In this document: one piece after another, positions 1 through 15,000 of the stretch
How positions within the stretch are numbered: the stretch's first letter is position 1
How the letters are laid out: every line of letters starts with the position of its first letter
NCBI RefSeq assembly: GCF_964355755.1
Contig: NC_092675.1
Span: 13,424,812 to 13,488,811, forward strand
Direction: 5' to 3'
From: Antedon mediterranea
Lineage: Eukaryota > Animalia > Echinodermata
Length of the DNA stretch: 64,000 nucleotides
The notes under the pieces: model-generated
What the model was told of the DNA's origin: nothing
The model's database searches: none
The model's input: the letters and a program-made list of their open reading frames with translations, nothing else
Made by a program: the position numbers and the translations under genes

Positions 1-3000
1 TTAAAATCACATTATAAACCGTTTTAGACCATTTTGAGCATTTCGATAACACTTTTCACACAAAAACATCAAAGAGCACAAAATAGCTTAATATCGTATT
101 TAAAAACGTTTTAGACCATTTTGAGCATTTAGACAAAACTTTTTCACACAAAACACCAAAGTGCTTAGAATAGCTTCAAATCGCATTTGGAGACGTTTTA
201 GACCATTTTGTGCATTTCGATGAAACTTGGTTACACAAAAACATCAAAGTGCTTAAAATCACATTATAAATCGTTTTAGACCATTTTGAGCATTTCGACA
301 AAACTTTTTCACACAAAATACCAAAGGGCTTAGAATAGCTTCAAATCGCATTTGGAGACGTTTTAGACCATTTTGTGATTTTCGAAAAAACTTTTTTAAC
401 ATAAAAAGACAAAAGTGCTTAGAATAGCTTCAAATCACATTTGGAGACGTTTTAGACCATTTTGTGATTTTCGAAAAAACTTGTTAACATAAAAACACGA
501 AAGTGCTTAGAATAGCTTCAAATCGCATTTGGAAACGTTTTAGACCATTTTGTGATTTTCGAAAAAAATTGTTAACATAAAAACACCAAAGTGCTTAGAA
601 TCACATTATAAACCGTTTTAGACCATTTTGAGCATTTCGATAACAATTTTCACACAAAAACATCAAAGAGCACAAAATAGCTTAATATCGTATTTAAAAA
701 TGTTTTAGACCATTTTGAGCATTTAGATAAAACTTTTTCACACAAAACACCAAAGTGCTTAGAATAGCTTCAAATCGCATTTGGAGACGGTTTAGACCAT
801 TTTGTGATTTTGAAAAAACTTGTTAACATAAAAACACCAAAGTGCTTAGAATAGCTTCAAATCGCATTTGGAGACGTTTTAGACCATTTTGTGATTTTCG
901 AAAGAACTTGTTAACATAAAAACACCAAAGTGCTTAGAATAGCTTCAAATCGTATTTGGAGACGTTTTAGACCCTTTTGAGATTTTCGAAAAAACTTGGT
1001 TACACAAAAACATCAAAGTGCTTAAAATCACATTATAAACCGTTTTAGACCATTTTGAACATTTCGATAACACTTTTCACACAAAAACATCAAAGAGCAC
1101 AAAATAGCTTAATATCGTATTTAAAAACGTTTTAGACCATTTTGAGCATTTCGACAAAACTTTTTCACACCAAAGTGCTTAGAATAGCTTCAAATCGCAT
1201 TTGGAGACGTTTTAGACCATTTTGTGATTTTCGAAAAAACTTATCAACATAAAAACACCAAAAGGTTTAGAATAGCTTCAAATCGCATTTGGAGACGTTT
1301 TAGACCATTTTGTGATTTTTGAAAAAACTTGTTAACATAAAAACACCAAAGTGCTTAGAATAGCTTCAAATCACATTTGGAGACGTTTTAGACCATTTTG
1401 TGATTTTCGAAAAAACTTGTTAACATAAAAACACGAAAGTGCTTAGAATAGCTTCAAATCGCATTTGGAAACGTTTTAGACCATTTTGTGATTTTCGAAA
1501 AAGATTGTTAACATAAAAACACCAAAGTGCTTAGAATCACAATATAAACCGTTTTAGACCATTTTGAGCATTTCGATAACAATTTTCACACAAAAACATC
1601 AAAGAGCACAAAATAGCTTAATATCGTATTTAAAAATGTTTTAGACCATTTTGAGCATTTAGATAAAATTTTTCACACAAAACACCAAAGTGCTTAGAAT
1701 AGCTTCAAATCGCATTTAGAGACGGTTTAGACCATTTTGTGATTTTGAAAAAACTTGTTAACATAAAAACACCAAAGTGCTTAGAATAGCTTCAAATCGC
1801 ATTTGGAGACGTTTTAGACCATTTTGTGATTTTCGAAAAAACTTGTTAACATAAAAACACCAAAGTGCTTAGAATAGCTTCAAATCGCATTTGGAGACGT
1901 TTTAGACCATTTTGTGATTTTCGAAAAAACTTGTTAACATAAAAACACCAAAGTGCTTAGAATAGCTTCAAATCGTATTTGGAGACGTTTTAGACCATTT
2001 TGAGATTTTCGAAAAAACTTGGTTACACAAAAACATCAAAGTGCTTAAAATCACATTATAAACCGTTTTAGACCATTTTGAGCATTTCGATAACACTTTT
2101 CACACAAAAACATCAAAGAGCACAAAATAGCTTAATATCGTATTTAAAAACGTTTTAGACCATTTTGAGCATTTCGACAAAACTTTTTCACACAAAACAC
2201 CAAAGTGCTTAGAATAGCTTCAAATCGCATTTGGAGACGTTTTAGACCAATTTGTGCATTTCGATGAAACTTGATTACACAAAAACATCAAAGTGCTTAA
2301 AATCACATTATAAACCGTTTTAGACCATTTTGAGCATTTCGATAACACTTTTCACACAAAAACATCAAAGAGCACAAAATAGCTTAATATCGTATTTAAA
2401 AACGTTTTAGACCATTTTGAGCATTTAGACAAAACTTTTTCACACAAAACACCAAAGTGCTTAGAATAGCTTCAAATCGCATTTGGAGACGTTTTAGAAC
2501 ATTTTGTGTTTTTCGAAAAAAACTGTTAACATAAAAACACCAAAGTGCTTAGAATAGCTTCAAATCGCATTTGGAGACGTTTTAGAACATTTTGTGTTCT
2601 TCGAAAAAACCTGTTAACATAAAAACACCAAAGTGCTTAGAATAGCTTCAAATCGCATTTGGAGACGTTTTAGACCATTTTGTGATTTTTGAAAAAACTT
2701 GTTAACATAAAAACACCAAAGTGCTTAGAATAGCTTCAAATCACATTTGGAGACGTTTTAGACCATTTTGTGATTTTCGAAAAAACTTGTTAACATAAAA
2801 ACACGAAAGTGCTTAGAATAGCTTCAAATCGCATTTGGAAACGTTTTAGACCATTTTGTGATTTTCGAAAAAGATTGTTAACATAAAAACACCAAAGTGC
2901 TTAGAATCACAATATAAACCGTTTTAGACCATTTTGAGCATTTCGATAACAATTTTCACACAAAAACATCAAAGAGCACAAAATAGCTTAATATCGTATT

Positions 3001-6000
3001 TAAAAATGTTTTAGACCATTTTGAGCATTTAGATAAAATTTTTCACACAAAACACCAAAGTGCTTAGAATAGCTTCAAATCGCATTTGAAGACGGTTTAG
3101 ACCATTTTGTGATTTTGAAAAAACTTGTTAACATAAAAACACCAAAGTGCTAAGAATAGCTTCAAATCGCATTTGGAGACGTTTTAGACCATTTTGTGAT
3201 TTTCGAAAAAACTTGTTAACATAAAAACACCAAAGTGCTTAGAATAGCTTCAAATCGTATTTGGAGACGTTTTAGACCATTTTGAGATTTTCGAAAAAAC
3301 TTGGTTACACAAAAACATCAAAGTGCTTAAAATCACATTATAAACCGTTTTAGACCATTTTGAACATTTCGATAACACTTTTCACACAAAAACATCAAAG
3401 AGCACAAAATAGCTTAATATCGTATTTAAAAACGTTTTAGACCATTTTAAGCATTTCGACAAAACTTTTTCACACAAAACACCAAAGTGCTTAGAATAGC
3501 TTCAAATCGCATTTGGAGACGTTTTAGACCAATTTGTGCATTTCGATGAAACTTGATTACACAAAAACATCAACGTGCTTAAAATCACATTATAAACCGT
3601 TTTAGACCATTTTGAGCATTTCGATAACACTTTTCACACAAAAACATCAAAGAGCACAAAATAGCTTAATATCGTATTTAAAAACGTTTTAGACCATTTT
3701 GAGCATTTAGACAAAACTTTTTCACACAAAACACCAAAGTGCTTAGAATAGCTTCAAATCGCATTTGGAGACGTTTTAGACCATTTTGTGCATTTCGATG
3801 AAACTTGGTTACACAAAAACATCAAAGTGCTTAAAATCACATTATAAATCGTTTTAGACCATTTTGAGCATTTCGACAAAACTTTTTCACACAAAATACC
3901 AAAGGGCTTAGAATAGCTTCAAATCGCATTTGGAGACGTTTTAGACCATTTTGTGATTTTCGAAAAAACTTTTTTAACATAAAAAGACCAAAGTGCTTAG
4001 AATAGCTTCAAATCACATTTGGAGACGTTTTAGACCATTTTGTGATTTTCGAAAAAACTTGTTAACATAAAAACACGAAAGTGCTTAGAATAGCTTCAAA
4101 TCGCATTTGGAAACGTTTTAGACCATTTTGTGATTTTCGAAAAAAATTGTTAACATAAAAACACCAAAGTGCTTAGAATCACATTATAAACCGTTTTAGA
4201 CCATTTTGAGCATTTCGATAACAATTTTCACACAAAAACATCAAAGAGCACAAAATAGCTTAATATCGTATTTAAAAACGTTTTAGACCATTTTGAGCAT
4301 TTCGACAAAACTTTTTCACACAAAACACCAAAGTGCTTAGAATAGCTTCAAATCGCATTTGGAGACGTTTTAGACCAATTTGTGCATTTCGATGAAACTT
4401 GATTACACAAAAACATCAACGTGCTTAAAATCACATTATAAACCGTTTTAGACCATTTTGAGCATTTCGATAACACTTTTCACACAAAAACATCAAAGAG
4501 CACAAAATAGCTTAATATCGTATTTAAAAACGTTTTAGACCATTTTGAGCATTTAGACAAAACTTTTTCACACAAAACACCAAAGTGCTTAGAATAGCTT
4601 CAAATCGCATTTGGAGACGTTTTAGACCATTTTGTGCATTTCGATGAAGCTTGGTTACACAAAAACATCAAAGTGCTTAAAATCACATTATAAATCGTTT
4701 TAGACCATTTTGAGCATTTCGACAAAACTTTTTCACACAAAATACCAAAGGGCTTAGAATAGCTTCAAATCGCATTTGGAGACGTTTTAGACCATTTTGT
4801 GTTTTTCGAAAAAACTTTTTAACATAAAAACACCAAAGTGCTTAGAATAGCTTCAAATCACATTTGGAGACGTTTTAGACCATTTTGTGATTTTCGAAAA
4901 AACTTGTTAACATAAAAACACGAAAGTGCTTAGAATAGCTTCAAATCGCATTTGGAAACGTTTTAGACCATTTTGTGATTTTCGAAAAAAATTGTTAACA
5001 TAAAAACACCAAAGTGCTTAGAATCACATTATAAACCGTTTTAGACCATTTTGAGCATTTCGATAACAATTTTCACACAAAAACATCAAAGAGCACAAAA
5101 TAGCTTAATATCGTATTTAAAAATGTTTTAGACCATTTTGAGCATTTAGATAAAACTTTTTCACACAAAACACCAAAGTGCTTAGAATAGCTTCAAATCG
5201 CATTTGGAGACGTTTTAGACCATTTTGTGATTTTTGAAAAAACTTGTTAACATAAAAACACCAATGTGCTTAGAATAGCTTCAAATCACATTTGGAGACG
5301 TTTTAGACCATTTTGTGATTTTTGAAAAAACTTGTTAACATAAAAACACCAAAGTGTTAGAATAGCTTCAAATCACATTTGGAGACGTTTTAGACTATTT
5401 TGTGATTTTCGAAAAAACTTGTTAACATAAAAACACCAAAGTGCTTAGAATAGCTTCAAATCGTATTTGGAGACGTTTTAGACCATTTTGAGATTTTCGA
5501 AAAAACTTGGTTACACAAAAACATCAAAGTGCTTAAAATCACATTATAAACCGTTTTAGACCATTTTGAGAATTTCGATAACACTTTTCACACAAAAACA
5601 TCAAAGAGCACAAAATAGCTTAATATCGTATTTAAAAACGTTTTAGACCATTTTGAGCATTTCGACAAAACTTTTTCACACAAAACACCAAAGTGCTTAG
5701 AATAGCTTCAAATCGCATTTGGAGACGTTTTAGACCAATTTGTGCATTTCGATGAAACTTGATTACACAAAAACATCAAAGTTCTTAAAATCACATTATA
5801 AACCGTTTTAGACCATTTTGAGCATTTCGATAACACTTTTCACACAAAAACATCAAAGAGCACAAAATAGCTTAATATCGTATTTAAAAACGTTTTAGAC
5901 CATTTTGAGCATTTAGACAAAACTTTTTCACACAAAACACCAAAGTGCTTAGAATAGCTTCAAATCGCATTTGGAGACGTTTTAGACCATTTTGTGCATT

Positions 6001-9000
6001 TCGATGAAACTTGGTTACACAAAAACATCAAAGTGCTTAAAATCACATTATAAAACGTTTTAGACCATTTTGAGCATTTCGACAAAACTTTTTCACACAA
6101 AATACCAAAGTGCTTAGAATAGCTTCAAATCGCATTTGGAGACGTTTTAGACCATTTTGTGATTTTCGAAAAAACTTTTTAACATAAAAACACCAAAGTG
6201 CTTAGAATAGCTTCAAATCACATTTGGAGACATTTTAGACCATAAGTGCTTAGAATCACAATATAAACCGTTTTAGACCATTTTGAGCATTTCGATAACA
6301 ATTTTCACACAAAAACATCAAAGAGCACAAAATAGCTTAATATCGTATTTAAAAATGTTTTAGACCATTTTGAGCATTTCGACAAAACTTTTTCACACAA
6401 AATACCAAAGTGCTTAGAATAGCTTCAAATCGCATTTGGAGACGTTTTAGACCATTTTGTGATTTTCGAAAAAACTTTTTAACATAAAAACACCAAAGTG
6501 CTTAGAATAGCTTCAAATCACATTTGGAGACATTTTAGACCATAAGTGCTTAGAATCACAATATAAACCGTTTTAGACCATTTTGAGCATTTCGATAACA
6601 ATTTTCACACAAAAACATCAAAGAGCACAAAATAGCTTAATATCGTATTTAAAAATGTTTTAGACCATTTTGAGCATTTAGATAAAACTTTTTCACACAA
6701 AACACCAAAGTGCTTAGAATAGCTTCAAATCGCATTTGGAGACGGTTTAGACCATTTTGTGATTTTGAAAAAACTTGTTAACATAAAAACACCAAAGTGC
6801 TTAGAATAGCTTCAAATCGCATTTGGAGACGTTTTAGACCATTTTGTGATTTTCGAAAAAACTTGTTAACATAAAAACACCAAAGTGCTTAGAATAGCTT
6901 CAAATCGTATTTGGAGACGTTTTAGACCATTTTGAGATTTTCGAAAAAACTTGGTTACACAAAAACATCAAAGTGCTTAAAATCACATTATAAACCGTTT
7001 TAGACCATTTTGAACATTTCGATAACACTTTTCACACAAAAACATCAAAGAGCACAAAATAGCTTAATATCGTATTTAAAAACGTTTTAGACCATTTTGA
7101 GCATTTCGACAAAACTTTTTCACACAAAACACCAAAGTGCTTAGAATAGCTTCAAATCGCATTTGGAGACGTTTTAGACCAATTTGTGCATTTCGATGAA
7201 ACTTGATTACACAAAAACATCAACGTGCTTAAAATCACATTATAAACCGTTTTAGACCATTTTGAGCATTTCGATAACACTTTTCACACAAAAACATCAA
7301 AGAGCACAAAATAGCTTAATATCGTATTTAAAAACGTTTTAGACCATTTTGAGCATTTAGACAAAACTTTTTCACACAAAACACCAAAGTGCTTAGAATA
7401 GCTTCAAATCGCATTTGGAGACGTTTTAGACCATTTTGTGCATTTCGATGAAGCTTGGTTACACAAAAACATCAAAGTGCTTAAAATCACATTATAAATC
7501 GTTTTAGACCATTTTGAGCATTTCGACAAAACTTTTTCACACAAAATACCAAAGGGCTTAGAATAGCTTCAAATCGCATTTGGAGACGTTTTAGACCATT
7601 TTGTGATTTTCGAAAAAACTTTTTAACATAAAAACACCAAAGTGCTTAGAATAGCTTCAAATCACATTTGGAGACGTTTTAGACCATTTTGTGATTTTCG
7701 AAAAAACTTGTTAACATAAAAACACGAAAGTGCTTAGAATAGCTTCAAATCGCATTTGGAAACGTTTTAGACCATTTTGTGATTTTCGAAAAAAATTGTT
7801 AACATAAAAACACCAAAGTGCTTAGAATCACATTATAAACCGTTTTAGACCATTTTGAGCATTTCGATAACAATTTTCACACAAAAACATCAAAGAGCAC
7901 AAAATAGCTTAATATCGTATTTAAAAATGTTTTAGACCATTTTGAGCATTTAGATAAAACTTTTTCACACAAAACACCAAAGTGCTTAGAATAGCTTCAA
8001 ATCGCATTTGGAGACGTTTTAGACCATTTTGTGATTTTTGAAAAAACTTGTTAACATAAAAACACCAAAGTGTTAGAATAGCTTCAAATCACATTTGGAG
8101 ACGTTTCAGACCATTTTGTGATTTTCGAAAAAACTTGTTAACATAAAAACACGAAAGTGCTTAGAATAGCTTCAAATCGAATTTGGAAACGTTTTAGACC
8201 ATTTTGTGATTTTCGAAAAAACTTGTTAACATAAAAACACGAAAGTGCTTAGAATAGCTTCAAATCGCATTTGGAAACGTTTTAGACCATTTTGTGATTT
8301 TCGAAAAAAATTGTTAACATAAAAACACCAAAGTGTTTAGAATAGCTTCAAATCGCATTTGGAGACGTTTTAGACCAATTTGGGATTTTCGAAAAAACTT
8401 ATCAACATAAAAACACCAAAGGGTTTAGAATAGCTTCAAATCGCATTTGGAGACGTTTTAGACCATTTTGTGATTTTGAAAAAACTTGTTAACATAAAAA
8501 CACCAAAGTGCTTAGAATAGCTTCAAATCGTATTTGGAGACGTTTTAGACCATTTTGAGATTTTCGAAAAAACTTGGTTACACAAAAACATCAAAGTGCT
8601 TAAAATCACATTATAAACCGTTTTAGACCATTTTTAGCATTTCGGTAACACTTTTCACACAAAAACATCAAAGAGCACAAAATAGCTTAATATCGTATTT
8701 AAAAACGTTTTAGACCATTTTGAGCATTTAGACAAAACTTTTTCACACAAAACACCAAAGTGCTTAGAATAGCTTCAAATCGCATTTGGAGACGTTTTAG
8801 ACCATTTTGTGCATTTCGATGAAACTTGGTTACACAAAAACATTAAAGTGCTTAAAATCACATTATAAATCGTTTTAGACCATTTTGAGCATTTCGACAA
8901 AACTTTTTCACACAAAATACCAAAGTGCTTAGAATAGCTTCAAATCGCATTTGGAGACGTTTTAGACCATTTTGTGATTTTCGAAAAAACTTTTTAACAT

Positions 9001-12000
9001 AAAAACACCAAAGTGCTTAGAATAGCTTCAAATCACATTTGGAGACGTTTTAGACCATAAGTGCTTAGAATCACATTATAAACCGTTTTAGACCATTTTG
9101 AGCATTTCGATAACAATTTTCACACAAAACATCAAAGAGCACAAAATAGCTTAATATCGTATTTAAAAATGTTTTAGACCATTTTGAGCATTTAGATAAA
9201 ACTTTTTCACACAAAACACCAAAGTGCTTAGAATAGCTTCAAATCGCATTTGGAGACGTTTTAGACCATTTTGTGATTTTTGAAAAAACTTGTTAACATA
9301 AAAACACCAAAGTGCTTAGAATAGCTTCAAATCACATTTGGAGATGTTTTAGAACATTTTGTGATTTTTGAAAAAACTTGTTAACATAAAAACACGAAAG
9401 TGCTTAGAATAGCTTCAAATCACATTTGGAGACGTTTTAGACCATTTTGTGATTTTTGAAAAAAACTTGTTAACATAAAAACACGAAAGTGCTTAGAATA
9501 GCTTCAAATCGCATTTGGAAACGTTTTAGACCATTTTGTGATTTTCGAAAAAGATTGTTAACATAAAAACACCAATGTGCTTAGAATCACATTATAAACC
9601 GTTTTAGACCATTTTGAGCATTTCGATAACAATTTTCACACAAAAACATTAAAGAGAACAAAATAGCTTAATATCGTATTTATAAATGTTTTAGACCATT
9701 TTGAGCATTTCGACAAAACTTTTTCACACAAAACACCAAAGTGCTTAGAATAGCTTCAAATCGCATTTGGAGACGTTTTTTATACCATTTTGTGATTTCG
9801 ATGAAACTTGATTACACAAAAACATCAAAGTGCTTAAAATCACATTATAAACCGTTTTAGACCATTTTGAGCATTTCGATAACACTTTTCACACAAAAAC
9901 ATCAAAGAGCACAAAATAGCTTAATATCGTATTTAAAAACGTTTTAGACCATTTTGAGCATTTAGACAAAACTTTTTCACACAAAACACCAAAGTGCTTA
10001 GAATAGCTTCAAATCGCATTTGGAGACGTTTTAGAACATTTTGTGTTTTTCGAAAAAAACTGTTAACATAAAAACACCAAAGTGCTTAGAATAGCTTCAA
10101 ATCGCATTTGGAAACGTTTTAGACCATTTTGTGATTTTCGAAAAAACTTGTTAACATAAAAACACGAAAGTGCTTAGAATAGCTTCAAATCGCATTTGGA
10201 AACGTTTTAGACCATTTTGTGATTTTCGAAAAAAATTGTTAACATAAAAACACCAAAGTGTTTAGAATAGCTTCAAATCGCATTTGGAGACGTTTTAGAC
10301 CAATTTGGGATTTTCGAAAAAACTTATCAACATAAAAACACCAAAGGGTTTAGAATAGCTTCAAATCGCATTTGGAGACGTTTTAGACCATTTTGTGATT
10401 TTGAAAAAACTTGTTAACATAAAAACACCAAAGTGCTTAGAATAGCTTCAAATCGTATTTGGAGACGTTTTAGACCATTTTGAGATTTTCGAAAAAACTT
10501 GGTTACACAAAAACATCAAAGTGCTTAAAATCACATTATAAACCGTTTTAGACCATTTTTAGCATTTCGGTAACACTTTTCACACAAAAACATCAAAGAG
10601 CACAAAATAGCTTAATATCGTATTTAAAAACGTTTTAGACCATTTTGAGCATTTAGACAAAACTTTTTCACACAAAACACCAAAGTGCTTAGAATAGCTT
10701 CAAATCGCATTTGGAGACGTTTTAGACCATTTTGTGCATTTCGATGAAACTTGGTTACACAAAAACATTAAAGTGCTTAAAATCACATTATAAATCGTTT
10801 TAGACCATTTTGAGCATTTCGACAAAACTTTTTCACACAAAATACCAAAGTGCTTAGAATAGCTTCAAATCGCATTTGGAGACGTTTTAGACCATTTTGT
10901 GATTTTCGAAAAAACTTTTTAACATAAAAACACCAAAGTGCTTAGAATAGCTTCAAATCACATTTGGAGACGTTTTAGACCATAAGTGCTTAGAATCACA
11001 TTATAAACCGTTTTAGACCATTTTGAGCATTTCGATAACAATTTTCACACAAAACATCAAAGAGCACAAAATAGCTTAATATCGTATTTAAAAATGTTTT
11101 AGACCATTTTGAGCATTTAGATAAAACTTTTTCACACAAAACACCAAAGTGCTTAGAATAGCTTCAAATCGCATTTGGAGACGTTTTAGACCATTTTGTG
11201 ATTTTTGAAAAAACTTGTTAACATAAAAACACCAAAGTGCTTAGAATAGCTTCAAATCACATTTGGAGATGTTTTAGAACATTTTGTGATTTTTGAAAAA
11301 ACTTGTTAACATAAAAACACGAAAGTGCTTAGAATAGCTTCAAATCACATTTGGAGACGTTTTAGACCATTTTGTGATTTTTGAAAAAAACTTGTTAACA
11401 TAAAAACACGAAAGTGCTTAGAATAGCTTCAAATCGCATTTGGAAACGTTTTAGACCATTTTGTGATTTTCGAAAAAGATTGTTAACATAAAAACACCAA
11501 TGTGCTTAGAATCACATTATAAACCGTTTTAGACCATTTTGAGCATTTCGATAACAATTTTCACACAAAAACATTAAAGAGAACAAAATAGCTTAATATC
11601 GTATTTATAAATGTTTTAGACCATTTTGAGCATTTCGACAAAACTTTTTCACACAAAACACCAAAGTGCTTAGAATAGCTTCAAATCGCATTTGGAGACG
11701 TTTTTTATACCATTTTGTGATTTCGATGAAACTTGATTACACAAAAACATCAAAGTGCTTAAAATCACATTATAAACCGTTTTAGACCATTTTGAGCATT
11801 TCGATAACACTTTTCACACAAAAACATCAAAGAGCACAAAATAGCTTAATATCGTATTTAAAAACGTTTTAGACCATTTTGAGCATTTAGACAAAACTTT
11901 TTCACACAAAACACCAAAGTGCTTAGAATAGCTTCAAATCGCATTTGGAGACGTTTTAGAACATTTTGTGTTTTTCGAAAAAAACTGTTAACATAAAAAC

Positions 12001-15000
12001 ACCAAAGTGCTTAGAATAGCTTCAAATCGCATTTGGAGACGTTTTAGAACATTTTGTGTTCTTCGAAAAAACCTGTTAACATAAAAACACCAAAGTGCTT
12101 AGAATAGCTTCAAATCGCATTTGGAGACGTTTTAGACCATTTTGTGATTTTTGAAAAAACTTGTTAACATAAAAACACCAAAGTGCTTAGAATAGCTTCA
12201 AATCACATTTGGAGACGTTTTAGACCATTTTGTGATTTTCGAAAAAACTTGTTAACATAAAAACACGAAAGTGCTTAGAATAGCTTCAAATCGCATTTGG
12301 AAACGTTTTAGACCATTTTGTGATTTTCGAAAAAGATTGTTAACATAAAAACACCAAAGTGCTTAGAATCACAATATAAACCGTTTTAGACCATTTTGAG
12401 CATTTCGATAACAATTTTCACACAAAAACATCAAAGAGCACAAAATAGCTTAATATCGTATTTAAAAATGTTTTAGACCATTTTGAGCATTTAGATAAAA
12501 CTTTTTCACACAAAACACCAAAGTGCTTAGAATAGCTTCAAATCGCATTTGGAGACGGTTTAGACCATTTTGTGATTTTGAAAAAACTTGTTAACATAAA
12601 AACACCAAAGTGCTTAGAATAGCTTCAAATCGCATTTGGAGACGTTTTAGACCATTTTGTGATTTTTGAAAAAACTTGTTAACATAAAAACACCAAAGTG
12701 CTTAGAATAGCTTCAAATCGTATTTGGAGACGTTTTAGACCATTTTGAGATTTTCGAAAAAACTTGGTTACACAAAAACATCAAAGTGCTTAAAATCACA
12801 TTATAAACCGTTTTAGACCATTTTGAACATTTCGATAACACTTTTCACACAAAAACATCAAAGAGCACAAAATAGCTTAATATCGTATTTAAAAACGTTT
12901 TAGACCATTTTGAGCATTTCGACAAAACTTTTTCACACAAAACACCAAAGTGCTTAGAATAGCTTCAAATCGCATTTGGAGACGTTTTAGACCAATTTGT
13001 GCATTTCGATGAAACTTGATTACACAAAAACATCAACGTGCTTAAAATCACATTATAAACCGTTTTAGACCATTTTGAGCATTTCGATAACACTTTTCAC
13101 ACAAAAACATCAAAGAGCACAAAATAGCTTAATATCGTATTTAAAAACGTTTTAGACCATTTTGAGCATTTAGACAAAACTTTTTCACACAAAACACCAA
13201 AGTGCTTAGAATAGCTTCAAATCGCATTTGGAGACGTTTTAGACCATTTTGTGCATTTCGATGAAGCTTGGTTACACAAAAACATCAAAGTGCTTAAAAT
13301 CACATTATAAATCGTTTTAGACCATTTTGAGCATTTCGACAAAACTTTTTCACACAAAATACCAAAGGGCTTAGAATAGCTTCAAATCGCATTTGGAGAC
13401 GTTTTAGACCATTTTGTGATTTTCGAAAAAACTTTTTAACATAAAAACACCAAAGTGCTTAGAATAGCTTCAAATCACATTTGGAGACGTTTTAGACCAT
13501 TTTGTGATTTTCGAAAAAACTTGTTAACATAAAAACACGAAAGTGCTTAGAATCACATTATAAACCGTTTTAGACCATTTTGAGCTTTTCGATAACAATT
13601 TTCACACAAAAACATCAAAGAGCACAAAATAGCTTAATATCGTATTTAAAAATGTTTTAGACCATTTTGAGCATTTAGATAAAACTTTTTCACACAAAAC
13701 ACCAAAGTGCTTAGAATAGCTTCAAATCGCATTTGGAGACGTTTTAGACCATTTTGTGATTTTTGAAAAAACTTGTTAACATAAAAACACCAAAGTGTTA
13801 GAATAGCTTCAAATCACATTTGGAGACGTTTCAGACCATTTTGTGATTTTCGAAAAAACTTGTTAACATAAAAACACGAAAGTGCTTAGAATAGCTTCAA
13901 ATCGAATTTGGAAACGTTTTAGACCATTTTGTGATTTTCGAAAAAACTTGTTAACATAAAAACACGAAAGTGCTTAGAATAGCTTCAAATCGCATTTGGA
14001 AACGTTTTAGACCATTTTGTGATTTTCGAAAAAAATTGTTAACATAAAAACACCAAAGTGTTTAGAATAGCTTCAAATCGCATTTGGAGACGTTTTAGAC
14101 CAATTTGTGATTTTCGAAAAAACTTATCAACATAAAAACACCAAATCGCATTTGGAGACGTTTTAGACCATTTTGTGATTTTGAAAAAACTTGTTAACAT
14201 AAAAACACCAAAGTGCTTAAAATCACATTATAAATCTTTTTAGACCATTTTGAGCATTTCGACAAAACTTTTTCACACAAAATACCAAAGGGCTTCAAAT
14301 CGCATTTGGAGACGTTTTAGACCATTTTGTGATTTTCGAAAAAACTTTTTAACATAAAAACACCAAAGTGCTTAGAATAGCTTCAAATCACATTTGGAGA
14401 CGTTTTAGACCATTTTGTGATTTTCGAAAAAACTTGTTAACATAAAAACACGAAAGTGCTTAGAATAGCTTCAAATCGCATTTAGAAACGTTTTAGACCA
14501 TTTTGTGATTTTCGAAAAAAATTGTTAACATAAAAACACCAAAGTGCTTAGAATCACATTATAAACCGTTTTAGACCATTTTGAGCATTTCGATAACAAT
14601 TTTCACACAAAAACATCAAAGAGCACAAAATAGCTTAATATCGTATTTAAAAATGTTTTAGACCATTTTGAGCAATTAGATAAAACTTTTTCACACAAAA
14701 CACCAAAGTGCTTAGAATAGCTTCAAATCGCATTTGGAGACGTTTTAGACCATTTTGTGATTTTTGAAAAAACTTGTTAACATAAAAACACCAAAGTGCT
14801 TAGAATAGCTTCAAATCACATTTGGAGACGTTTTAGACCATTTTGTGATTTTCGAAAAAACTTGTTAACATAAAAACACGAAAGTGCTTAGAATAGCTTC
14901 AAATCGCATTTGGAAACGTTTTAGACCATTTTGTGATTTTCGAAAAAACTTGTTAACATAAAAACACGAAAGTGCTTAGAATAGCTTCAAATCGCATTTG

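Noticed and set aside
215-231. CENP-B-box-like TTTCGATGAAACTTGGT in 78-bp monomers
   Set aside because: It matches TTCG....A but has TTGG instead of the essential CGGG (7 of 9 core positions), which is insufficient for a call.
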